Positions 8,096-16,625 of a stretch of 32,000 bases of DNA are shown here, one piece after another (the first letter of the stretch is position 1; each line of letters starts with the position of its first letter). The position numbers and the translations under genes are program-made. The stretch spans positions 7,050,001 through 7,082,000 of the forward strand of contig NZ_CP042911.1 of the NCBI RefSeq assembly GCF_008065095.1, given 5' to 3'. The notes under the pieces are model-generated. The model saw nothing but the letters and a program-made list of their open reading frames with translations, was not told the DNA's origin and did not search any database. Origin of the DNA: Gemmata obscuriglobus (GTDB lineage Bacteria; Planctomycetota; Planctomycetia; Gemmatales; Gemmataceae).

Positions 8096-8225
8096 CCCCT
8101 TCGCGCCGTGACAATTTTCTCAAACCGAAGCGCTCTCGCTGTGACTGGCCGGGTAGGCCAAAATGTTACGACCTGCGATCTTCCGGGCGCGTCCACGCCC
8201 GTCTGACTTGAGAGGTGATGGAGGT

Positions 8226-8678
8226 ATGGCGCACGTCACCAGCATCGTTTACCGTCCGAAAAAGACCGGCCGTCCCCAAGACCGCTACGAGCGCGTTCCG
8301 GCCGAGCGCGTGCAACTCGCCCCGTTCAAGGGAATCGTCGGCGACCAGAAGGGCGGTTCCACGAAGCGCCAACTCAACATCATGCTCGCCGAGACGCTCG
8401 CCGAACTCGGCGCCGAGGGCTTCAAGGTCGCACCGGGCGAAATGGGCGAGCAGATCGTGCTCACCGGCCTCGCCCCGGCGGCGCTCGCGGAAGGCACGCA
8501 ACTCAGGCTCGGCGGTGCGGTGATCGAGGTCGGCATTCTGCGCACCGGGTGCGCGCGGTTCGAGATGATCCAGGGCCGGCCGCGCGGTCTCGTCAAAGGC
8601 CGGCTCGGTGTCCTCGCAACCGTCGTGAGCGGGGGCGAGGTGGCGGTCGGTGACGCGGTTGAGGTCGTGCCGAGCTAA
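8226..8678 (+). CDS. MOSC domain-containing protein
   Basis: ATG at 8226 is preceded by GGAGG. The 150-aa product has the pattern GIVGDQKGG, PGEMGEQIVLTGL, and the conserved Cys in RTGCARFE. Confidence 0.7.
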   Translation: MAHVTSIVYRPKKTGRPQDRYERVPAERVQLAPFKGIVGDQKGGSTKRQLNIMLAETLAELGAEGFKVAPGEMGEQIVLTGLAPAALAEGTQLRLGGAVIEVGILRTGCARFEMIQGRPRGLVKGRLGVLATVVSGGEVAVGDAVEVVPS

Positions 8679-8907
8679 TCGCCACCTCGAGCCCCGCGAC
8701 GGCACGCAGGCAAATGGGACGAGTGGGGCCGGTCCCGATCGCGCCTGTCACCACACCACAGCCAGGATGCACACAGGGCTCGGGGTGAGGTCACTTCACG
8801 GTGTTCGGTGCCAGATGAACACACTTCAATGACGTGGGAAATCCGTTGACACGCGCACTTTGTAACGCTCTCATCAATCAATTGCAACGCACTCCGCAGG
8901 GCCACAC

Positions 8908-11900
8908 ATGCGTCGATTGATTGCCCTCGCCACGGGGCTTTTGCTGCTCGTTAACGGAATTCGCGCCGATGACGCCATCCCGGCCGAAACGGTCGTGAGC
9001 GTCAAACGCGCCACCGCTTACATCCGGGCTGAAGGCACAAACTGGAACGGCACGGGCTCCGGGTTCGTCATTTCGGTGAATAAAGATACGGTCCTGCTTG
9101 CCACCAATTACCACGTTATTTCCAGCCCGAGTGCCGAAAAACGACAACGGCCGGCCGAGTTCACCACCAGCACCAAACAGGTCACCGTAACGGCAGTGTT
9201 CAACGGTGGGACCAAGAACGAGGTGGAGTCGCGGGCCGAGGTGATCGCGTGCGATCCCGACAACGATCTCGCTATCCTCCGTGTAACGGGCCTCAAGGCC
9301 CCGCCGGCGGCGATCGATTTTGCCAGCGCGCCCGCCCCCGTCGAAACAATGACGGTCTACACGTTCGGCTACCCGTTCGGGCAGTCGCTCGCGACGGGCA
9401 AGGGCGCGCCGGCGATTACTGTGGGTAAGGCGTCGGTATCGAGCCTGCGGTTGGACGACGCCGGCGAACTCAGCCGGGTGCAGATCGACGGCTCTCTGAA
9501 CCCCGGCAACAGCGGCGGCCCGATGGTCGATACCAAGGGGCGACTCGTGGGCGTCGCCGTCTCCCGCGTCCGCGACGGCCAGGGCATCGGGTTCGCAGTT
9601 CCGGCGGCCGAGTTGGGGCGGCTCATGAAGGGACGAATGGGCGGCGTGCATCTGACCGCCCGGAAGGGGGACGACAACAAACTCGTCGTGAAGGCCGAGG
9701 TCGGGCTGATCGATCCGCTGGCGGCGCTCAAAGGAGCCACCCTGCACTACGTCGTCGTCGCGCCCAAGGGGGCACTGCCGAAACCGGGCGAACCGGTGAG
9801 CAAACACCCCGGAGCGAAGTCGGCCGTGCTCAAGTTCGACGGCGGAGTGGCCACGGCCGAACTGACGCTTGGGGCCACCGACGGCGAGATCGTTGTCCAG
9901 GCCGTCCCGGATGGCGTGCCGACCGGCGCCGGCCGCGTTCGCACCTTTCCGCTTACCGTTCCCAAGGGTGCCAAGGCGGTCGTGCTCGGCGAACCGGGCG
10001 TTCCCGGCGGCGCCGGTGCCGGGGAAACGGCCGCCCCGCGCGGGTGGAAGGAGTACACCCCGCCAAACAAGACGTTTAAAGTCTGGTTCCCCGACAACGT
10101 GAAGGTCGAAGAAGAGCAAAAGGCCACGCCGATCCAGATCGACGATCCCGCGCCCGCGGCGCCGTTCCCGGCAATGCCACAGTTTCCAGCCATGCCCCCG
10201 ATCCCGGCCCCGCCGCCGCTGCCCGGCTTCCCTCCGCCCCGGTTCCCGGCGCTACCTCCTCCGCCCCGGTTCCCGGCTCTGCCTCAACCGCCCCGGCTCC
10301 CGAACCTCTTTAACAGGGTCTACATCAACGTCAGTTCGGCCGTTTGTGCCGTGCCCGACGGTCCGAGTTACGTCGTCGAGCAGGTCATCATCACCCCGCC
10401 CCGGGGGCCGGTCAACGCGGACGAGATCCACCGCCTGCTCCGCCAGGTGGCAATGGGTAAAGGAGACGCAAAGGTTACGCGTGAAACGGACGTGCAGATG
10501 GGGCCGTTCAAGGGCAAAGAGTACCTGATCGAGCGGGAGCGGGGGGCGGTCCGCGCCCGATCGTTCGTCATCGGCAGCAGTTTCTACCTGCTCCGCTCGA
10601 TCGGCTCCCTCGACGAGGTCCAGTCCGCGGACAGCACACGGTTCCTGGAATCCTGCCGGCTTGAGAAGCCGGCGCCGCCACCACCCGCCGTTCCGGGAGC
10701 AACCGTCGCCGGTGGGACCCCGCACGACACCACGTTCAACGACCCTGTGCCCGCCAAGGGTGCCCTCGTCGGGGTCGAGTTCGGTTTGGGGAAAATCGGC
10801 GAAAACAGGACGGTGACTGCGGCCCGCGCGGTGTTCCAGGTGGGCGGTACCGAGTCGTACGGCCCGTGGCACGGGCCGGAGCCGGCACCCGCTGACAAAT
10901 CCAGGGTGGTTGCGAAGACGGGCTACGTGCTGACCGGGCTGAGCGTCCGTGCCACGGCGTTCTGGGTGCAAGGCGTCACCGCGACGTTTACGAAACAAAC
11001 TGAGGGCAAGCTCGATCCAAAGGACAGCTACGAAAGCGACCCGATCGGCTCCAAAGACGGCCCCGACAGCGTGGCGGTAGGTGGAAAGGCGGAGGCCCCG
11101 ATCGGGTTCGTGGGCAAGACAGGTGCGCGCGGGCTGAGCGGCCTCGGGTTGGCGTTCAAAGCCGTTGGGGCCCCGCCCCCGGCGCGTGCGACCACACGCG
11201 GGCCGCGCACCCACGGCGGCGCACACGACTCGGAACACCGCGAGGTCGCCCCCGCCGGCGGCTACCTCATCGGACTGGAAGTCGGCATGAGCAAGTGGTT
11301 CAACAACGATGTCGTCGGGTCGGTGCGCGCGGTTTACCGCACCGGGGATAAAGAAACGCTCGGCGAACAGTTCGGAACACTTGCGGGTCCGGCGGTGAAG
11401 GTCGTGGCCAAACCGGGGTACGCGGTCGGCGCGCTGGCCCTGAAAGCCAGGGGCGGGCTGGACAGTATCGTGATCACGTTCATGAAGGTCGTGGACGGCA
11501 AACTGGACCCGAAAGACAGTTACGAGAGCGAACGCCTCGGCGGACCCGGCGGACCCGGCGGACGCGAGCCGGTCCGAGTGGGCGGCGACGGTACACTCGT
11601 CGTCGGGCTCCTCGCCCGGGCGAACCACAAGGACGTGACCGGGCTGGGGCTGATCTACCCGGACACCAACAAACCGGGGTTGGACGCGCCGTGGCCCCGT
11701 GGGCTCCCCACTCAGATTCAAGGCGGGGGTGGTGACCCCGAGTTCCGCGAAGTCGGCCCCGAAGGCTCGGTCCTGGTCGGGCTCGAGGTCGGTGTCGGGC
11801 GGTTCTTCGACAATCCGGTAATCAAGTGCGTCCGCCCGGTGTTCCGCGGCGGCGATAAGGAAACCACGGGTGAGTGGCACGGACCGACCGATCAGACGGT

Positions 11901-12183
11901 GGTGAAAGAGTTCGTCAAGGTGGTCGCCAAGCCGGGCTACGCCGTGGGGGTGCTGACGGTCCGGACGGGACTCGGGGCGGACGGGCTTTCGATCACGTTC
12001 ATGAAGGTCGTGGACGGCAAGCTCGATCCAAAAGACAGTTACGAAAGCGAATGGGTGGGCGGGAAAGGTGGCGGCGAAGGAAAAGTCGGGGACGGGACGC
12101 TGGCCATCGGGCTGATCGGAAAAGCCCGTGCCGACACCGTCAGCGGGTTCGGCTTGCTTCACCCCATTGCACCGAAGAAGTAA
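8908..12183 (+). CDS. Secreted multidomain trypsin-like (S1) serine protease with C-terminal tandem repeat domains
   Basis: Signal peptide MRRLIALATGLLLLVNGIRA. Catalytic triad contexts are NYH(69)VI, DND(120)LAILRV and GNS(202)GGPMVD. Downstream come a beta-rich region, a proline-rich linker and three ~150-aa repeats. Confidence 0.8.
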   Translation: MRRLIALATGLLLLVNGIRADDAIPAETVVSVKRATAYIRAEGTNWNGTGSGFVISVNKDTVLLATNYHVISSPSAEKRQRPAEFTTSTKQVTVTAVFNGGTKNEVESRAEVIACDPDNDLAILRVTGLKAPPAAIDFASAPAPVETMTVYTFGYPFGQSLATGKGAPAITVGKASVSSLRLDDAGELSRVQIDGSLNPGNSGGPMVDTKGRLVGVAVSRVRDGQGIGFAVPAAELGRLMKGRMGGVHLTARKGDDNKLVVKAEVGLIDPLAALKGATLHYVVVAPKGALPKPGEPVSKHPGAKSAVLKFDGGVATAELTLGATDGEIVVQAVPDGVPTGAGRVRTFPLTVPKGAKAVVLGEPGVPGGAGAGETAAPRGWKEYTPPNKTFKVWFPDNVKVEEEQKATPIQIDDPAPAAPFPAMPQFPAMPPIPAPPPLPGFPPPRFPALPPPPRFPALPQPPRLPNLFNRVYINVSSAVCAVPDGPSYVVEQVIITPPRGPVNADEIHRLLRQVAMGKGDAKVTRETDVQMGPFKGKEYLIERERGAVRARSFVIGSSFYLLRSIGSLDEVQSADSTRFLESCRLEKPAPPPPAVPGATVAGGTPHDTTFNDPVPAKGALVGVEFGLGKIGENRTVTAARAVFQVGGTESYGPWHGPEPAPADKSRVVAKTGYVLTGLSVRATAFWVQGVTATFTKQTEGKLDPKDSYESDPIGSKDGPDSVAVGGKAEAPIGFVGKTGARGLSGLGLAFKAVGAPPPARATTRGPRTHGGAHDSEHREVAPAGGYLIGLEVGMSKWFNNDVVGSVRAVYRTGDKETLGEQFGTLAGPAVKVVAKPGYAVGALALKARGGLDSIVITFMKVVDGKLDPKDSYESERLGGPGGPGGREPVRVGGDGTLVVGLLARANHKDVTGLGLIYPDTNKPGLDAPWPRGLPTQIQGGGGDPEFREVGPEGSVLVGLEVGVGRFFDNPVIKCVRPVFRGGDKETTGEWHGPTDQTVVKEFVKVVAKPGYAVGVLTVRTGLGADGLSITFMKVVDGKLDPKDSYESEWVGGKGGGEGKVGDGTLAIGLIGKARADTVSGFGLLHPIAPKK
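10231..10305 (+). repeat. 27-nt tandem repeat (about 2.8 copies) encoding PPPRFPALP
   Basis: CCTCCGCCCCGGTTCCCGGCGCTACCT (10231-10257) and CCTCCGCCCCGGTTCCCGGCTCTGCCT (10258-10284), plus a partial third unit to 10305. The repeat lies in frame inside the protease ORF. Confidence 0.75.
10706..12165 (+). repeat. Three tandem ~150-aa domain repeats (period about 505 nt) inside the protease ORF
   Basis: Repeats span about 10706-11160, 11209-11660 and 11715-12165. Each contains G-x-EVG, VVAKPGYAVG, ITFMKVVDGKLDPKDSYES and G-x-GL blocks. The KLDPKDSYES-coding stretch is nearly identical at nucleotide level between repeats. Confidence 0.8.
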
Positions 12184-12492
12184 AGTGGCGTGCGGCTCGA
12201 ACGGAAGCCGTGTGCCTTATTGTGGCACGGTCCCGTAATAGACCGCATGAGCCGCCCCGGACCGCGTCACAAGAATGGGTCGTTTGCCAACGGCTCGAGC
12301 TGACGCGGCCGGTACGAAGCGCAACGTTCCGGCAACGGATTCCACATACCATCCCAACTCGCGCACGCTGCGTGCGTGTGCGACAATTCGCGCCGATTCT
12401 CCTCAATTCCGACCCGGTGCGAGCGAACAACAGAATGAATTCGGGTGTCGGTTCGCGGCACGATCCCCGTTTAACGCCAGGGGAGGCATCCG

Positions 12493-12720
12493 ATGGTTAC
12501 GTTCTTTCGCGCGTCTGTTCGCGCTTTACTGCTGCTGGTCGCGCTCCTCGCCCCCGCGCGGCACGCTCTCGCGACCGAAACGACCGTGCCGACCACCGCG
12601 GCGCGGACCGACCCCACAGAGTCCGATGACGACTCCGACGGGTGGCTCATTGTCGCGGGGTTAGTCGGTGCGGTCGTACTCGTCGCCTGGATCGCGAGCC
12701 GCCTCGGCGAGGACCAGTAG
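12493..12720 (+). CDS. Small hypothetical protein with a signal peptide and a C-terminal TM helix (75 aa)
   Basis: GGAGG lies 8 nt upstream of the ATG. Mostly G/C-ending codons. N-terminal hydrophobic segment, acidic middle (ESDDDSDG), and C-terminal helix LIVAGLVGAVVLVAWI. No family recognised. Confidence 0.45.
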   Translation: MVTFFRASVRALLLLVALLAPARHALATETTVPTTAARTDPTESDDDSDGWLIVAGLVGAVVLVAWIASRLGEDQ

Positions 12721-12793
12721 CGCCGTGCGGCGCCCACATTTTCGGTTGACACATTTCGCGTGAGCACGACACTGACGGCACCCCTAACCGGAG

Positions 12794-14206
12794 GTGCCGT
12801 TCGTGTTCCGTACCGCTGCCGTGTTCCTCGCCGTCGCACTATTGGCCCCGTCGGGACGAGCCGCCGACGCCCCCAAGCCGAACATCGTGCTCATCGTCGC
12901 CGACGACCTCGGGTGCTTCGAGTTGGGGTGCTACGGCCAGACCAAGATCAAGACGCCCCACATCGACAAGCTGGCGCAAGGGGGCGCGAAGTTCACGCGG
13001 TTCTACTCGGGCAGCCCGGTGTGCGCGCCGTCGCGGTGCGTGCTCATGACCGGCAAGCACTCCGGCCACGCCACCGTCCGCAACAACGTCGAGGCGAAGC
13101 CGGAAGGGCAGTTCCCGATCCGCGCCGAGGACGTGACGGTCGCCGACGCGCTCAAGGCGCATGGGTACGCGACCGGCGCGATGGGCAAGTGGGGGCTCGG
13201 CATGTTCGACACCGCCGGCAGCCCGCTGAAGCACGGGTTCGACCTGTTCTTCGGGTACAACTGCCAGCGCCACGCCCACAGCCACTACCCGACCTACATC
13301 TACCGCAACGACAAGCGCGTCGAGCTGAAGGGGAACGACGGCAAGACCGGGAAGCAGTTCACACAGGACCTTTTCGAAGAAGAAGCGCTGGGGTTCATTG
13401 AAGCGAACAAGGCGAAACCGTTCTTCCTGTACCTACCGTTCACGGTGCCGCACGTCGCGGTACAGGTGCCCGAAGACTCGCTCAACGAGTACAAGGGGCA
13501 GCTGGGCGACGACCCCGCCTACGACGGGAAAAAGGGCTACCAACCGCACCCGGCCCCGCACGCCGGCTACGCCGCAATGGTCACCCGTATGGACCGCAGC
13601 GTCGGCCGCGTCGTCGAGAAGTTGAACGCGCTGGGACTGGAGAAGAACACGCTGGTGCTGTTCACCAGCGACAACGGCCCGACGCACAACGTCGGCGGGG
13701 CGGATTCGAGCTTCTTCAACTCTGCGGGCAAGCTGCGCGGGCTGAAGGGGAGCGTGTACGAAGGCGGCATCCGCGTGCCGTTCATCGCGTACCAGCCCGG
13801 CACAATTAAAGCAGGGACCGAGTCTGACGCGCCGCTCTACTTCCCCGATGTCCTCCCGACGCTGTGTGCGTTCGCCGGCACAAAGGCCCCGAGTGCGATC
13901 GACGGCATCAGCTTCTTGCCGCTGCTGAAGGGTGAGAAGCAGCCAACGCACGACTTCCTGTACTGGGAGTTCTCGGGGTACGGCGGCCAGCAGGCGGTCA
14001 TTGAAGGCGAATGGAAAGCGGTCCGTCAGGCGCTCGGAATGGGTGGGGTGAAGACGGAACTTTACAACCTCGCCAAAGACCCGTCGGAGAAGGAAGACGT
14101 GGCGGCCAAGAATCCCGCGGTCCTCGCCCGGCTCGAAAAGCGGTTGAAGAACGAGCACACGCCGAACTCGAACTTCCCGCTACAAACGATCGACCCGAAA
14201 AAGTAG
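12794..14206 (+). CDS. Arylsulfatase (formylglycine-dependent sulfatase family)
   Basis: Signal peptide, NIVLIVADDLG, the C-x-P-x-R motif in SPVCAPSRCVLMTGK, GKWGLG and FTSDNGP. GTG start at 12794, with an alternative GTG at 12803 that is better spaced from GGAGG. Confidence 0.9.
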   Translation: MPFVFRTAAVFLAVALLAPSGRAADAPKPNIVLIVADDLGCFELGCYGQTKIKTPHIDKLAQGGAKFTRFYSGSPVCAPSRCVLMTGKHSGHATVRNNVEAKPEGQFPIRAEDVTVADALKAHGYATGAMGKWGLGMFDTAGSPLKHGFDLFFGYNCQRHAHSHYPTYIYRNDKRVELKGNDGKTGKQFTQDLFEEEALGFIEANKAKPFFLYLPFTVPHVAVQVPEDSLNEYKGQLGDDPAYDGKKGYQPHPAPHAGYAAMVTRMDRSVGRVVEKLNALGLEKNTLVLFTSDNGPTHNVGGADSSFFNSAGKLRGLKGSVYEGGIRVPFIAYQPGTIKAGTESDAPLYFPDVLPTLCAFAGTKAPSAIDGISFLPLLKGEKQPTHDFLYWEFSGYGGQQAVIEGEWKAVRQALGMGGVKTELYNLAKDPSEKEDVAAKNPAVLARLEKRLKNEHTPNSNFPLQTIDPKK

Positions 14207-14349
14207 TTCGGTCCGGCGACCGGGTAACCGGTACTGGTGGAACGATACCGCCGGAGCCGCATCGCATCACACGGCAGGATGTCCCCTTCGGAACGGTTTT
14301 CGCTTCTCGACGCGGCAACGGCTCCATTTCCTAACCCCGGGCGAGTTCC

Positions 14350-14772
14350 ATGCGGTCGTTCTTCGAGGAGTTCAAGAAGTTCATCCTGCGCGGGAACGTG
14401 GTCGATCTGGCGGTCGGCGTCGTGATCGGCACCGCGTTCGGCAAGATCGTCGATTCGCTGGTGCGCGACATCTTCATGCCGATCGTCGGGCTGCTCACCG
14501 GCGGGTTCGACGTGTCGGCGCAGTCGGTCACGCTTTACAAGGACGCCAAACTCGCCTGGGGCTCGTTCGCGCAGACGGTCATCACGTTCGTCATCGTCGG
14601 GTTCTGCATGTTCCTCGTCGTGAAGGGCATGAACGCACTACACAAGTACGTGCTCAAAGGCGACGAGGGAGCGCCGGTCGTCGAGCCCACCCCCACCGAA
14701 AAGCTGCTGACCGAGATCCGCGACCTCCTCAAACAGCAAGCGGCCCCGCCGCCACCGGCGCCGCCCGCGTAA
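14350..14772 (+). CDS. mscL: Large-conductance mechanosensitive channel
   Basis: 140 aa. FKKFILRGNVVDLAVGVVIGTAFGKIVDSLVRDIFMPIVG is the canonical MscL TM1 region, and a second TM helix follows. Confidence 0.92.
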   Translation: MRSFFEEFKKFILRGNVVDLAVGVVIGTAFGKIVDSLVRDIFMPIVGLLTGGFDVSAQSVTLYKDAKLAWGSFAQTVITFVIVGFCMFLVVKGMNALHKYVLKGDEGAPVVEPTPTEKLLTEIRDLLKQQAAPPPPAPPA

Positions 14773-14867
14773 CGCGGTTGTAAGGAGCCTCTCAAGTTCA
14801 CCTTCGCGGAGAGGAGGTCGCGGCTATCATTGCCGTCGGCCGCCCTACCACGCGAAGGAGAACCCGT

Positions 14868-16451
14868 ATGCGCCCACTTCACGCCGCCGTCACACTGGCG
14901 GCACTTCTGCTCCCCGCGGCCCCCGGGCTCGCGGCCGACACCCCGGTGAAGAGCCGCATCGTCGGCGTCGACCTCTTCAAGAACGGGCTGGCGATCGTCA
15001 AGCGCGAGGCCACGCTCGGCAAAACCGGCACGTACACCATCGACGACGTGCCCCAACCGGTCTACGGCACCTTCTGGATCGACAGCACCACGAGCGTCGA
15101 TGCAATGCTCCGCATGCGCGACACGGAGGTGCCGGTGTCCGAGGCGCCGCCGGCCCACCTGCAAGACGATCTCGCGGGCAAGAAGGTCACGGTGTTCTTC
15201 AAGGGGGAGAAGCGGGCGCCCGCGACTGGTACCGTGGTGAAGTTCAAACCGCCCAAGGGCGAGGAGGGCGCCGCGGGGCGGTTCCTCGTGCTCCAGACCG
15301 CGAAGGGGCGCGCCTACATCGAGCCGTCCGAGGTGTCGACGGTCGAGGCCGAAGAGGCCGGGGACACGGTGACCCGCCGGCGCCCGCAGCTCGTGCTCGC
15401 GCTGGGCGAAACGGACAAGCCGGAAACCAAGGTGACGATCCGGTACATCGCGCACGGCATCTCGTGGGCGCCGAGCTACCGCATCGACATCAGCGACCCG
15501 AAAACGCTGCTCCTGGAGCAGCACGCCGTGATCCGCAACGAGCTGGCCGATCTCACCGGCGCCGAGGTGCGGCTCATCTCCGGATACCCGAGCGTCGAGT
15601 ACGCGCACGTCCGCTCGCCGCTGTCGCCGCGGACGAGTTGGGCCACCTTCTTCGGCGAGCTGGCGAGCTACCGGGGGCGCGAAATCAACGTACTGGGAAA
15701 CTCCATCGTGGCGCAGCAGGCGGTCAGTCTCAACGGGCGCCCGGGCGACGGTTGGGGGGCGGTGCCGCTCGCCCTGGGCGCGACGCCAGCGGGCGAGGGC
15801 GTGGACCTGCACTACCAGTCGATCGGCAAGCGCACGCTGGCCGACGGCGACACACTCTCGCTGACCGTGGCGAAGGGCAAGAGCGGGTACGAGCGCATCG
15901 TGGAGTGGCTGGCACCGGACACGCGCGACGCCTTCGGCCACCCGCAGGACCGCGACGCGCAGGACGAGGTGTGGGACGCGCTGAAGTTCAAGAACCCGCT
16001 GTCGTTCCCGATGACCACCGGCCCCGCAGCGGTGACTGCCAACGGCCTCTTCAACGGCCAGCGGACCACGCACTGGGTCAACTCGGGCGAGGAGACGCTG
16101 CTGCGGGTGGAGAAGGCGCTGAGCGTGCGCACGCGGGCCGTCGAAAACGAACGGCTCGTGCGCGACGGCAGCGCCCGCGATCTCACCTGGGTGGGTGGCC
16201 GGCAGTACCGCAAGGTCGTCGTCGAGGGCGAACTTGTGGCGAGCAACAACCGCAAAGAGCAGATCAAGCTGCTGGTGCGGCGGCGCTTCTCGGGGGAACT
16301 GGTGTCCGCGGACGCCGACCCGAAGCAAACGCTTCGTGAGGAGGGCGTGTACTCGGTCAACAAGCGGCAAGAACTCGTGTGGGCGCTCGACCTCAAGGGC
16401 GGCGAGGAGAAGAAGCTGAAGTACGTCTATACGGTGCAGATCCCGCAATAA
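14868..16451 (+). CDS. Secreted DUF4139-like (MuiA-like) protein
   Basis: AAGGAG Shine-Dalgarno upstream and a signal peptide. The overall pattern (N-terminal V-x-L-F-x-N-G-x-A-x-V-x-R, ISWAPSYRIDI, C-terminal KLKYVYTVQIP) resembles the DUF4140/DUF4139 family. That family call is from memory only. Confidence 0.55.
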   Translation: MRPLHAAVTLAALLLPAAPGLAADTPVKSRIVGVDLFKNGLAIVKREATLGKTGTYTIDDVPQPVYGTFWIDSTTSVDAMLRMRDTEVPVSEAPPAHLQDDLAGKKVTVFFKGEKRAPATGTVVKFKPPKGEEGAAGRFLVLQTAKGRAYIEPSEVSTVEAEEAGDTVTRRRPQLVLALGETDKPETKVTIRYIAHGISWAPSYRIDISDPKTLLLEQHAVIRNELADLTGAEVRLISGYPSVEYAHVRSPLSPRTSWATFFGELASYRGREINVLGNSIVAQQAVSLNGRPGDGWGAVPLALGATPAGEGVDLHYQSIGKRTLADGDTLSLTVAKGKSGYERIVEWLAPDTRDAFGHPQDRDAQDEVWDALKFKNPLSFPMTTGPAAVTANGLFNGQRTTHWVNSGEETLLRVEKALSVRTRAVENERLVRDGSARDLTWVGGRQYRKVVVEGELVASNNRKEQIKLLVRRRFSGELVSADADPKQTLREEGVYSVNKRQELVWALDLKGGEEKKLKYVYTVQIPQ

Positions 16452-16483
16452 CGTCGGAGGCAGCAAGCCCCAAAAAAGAAGTC

Positions 16484-16609
16484 GAAGAGGATTGGCCGCA
16501 AAAAAGCACAAAAGGAAGCAGAAGACGAAAGCAAAAGAGTGAGTTCAAAACACTTCTTTTGCTTTCGTCTTCTGCTTCCTTTTGTGCTTTTTTGCGGCCA
16601 ATCCTCTTC
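16484..16609. repeat. Perfect 55-bp-arm inverted repeat (126-nt hairpin), possible bidirectional terminator
   Basis: I verified base by base that arm 16484-16538 is the exact reverse complement of 16555-16609, with a 16-nt spacer. It is purine-rich and AT-rich compared with the surrounding DNA. It lies between convergent genes ending at 16451 and 16626. Confidence 0.9.
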
Positions 16610-16625
16610 TGCCTTTGCGGCCCGT

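Noticed and set aside
8846-8874. Possible sigma70-type promoter for the protease gene (TTGACA at 8846-8851, 17-nt spacer, TCTCAT at 8869-8874)
   Set aside because: The -10 hexamer matches only 4/6 positions, and planctomycete promoter consensus is not established. The evidence is too weak to list as a feature.
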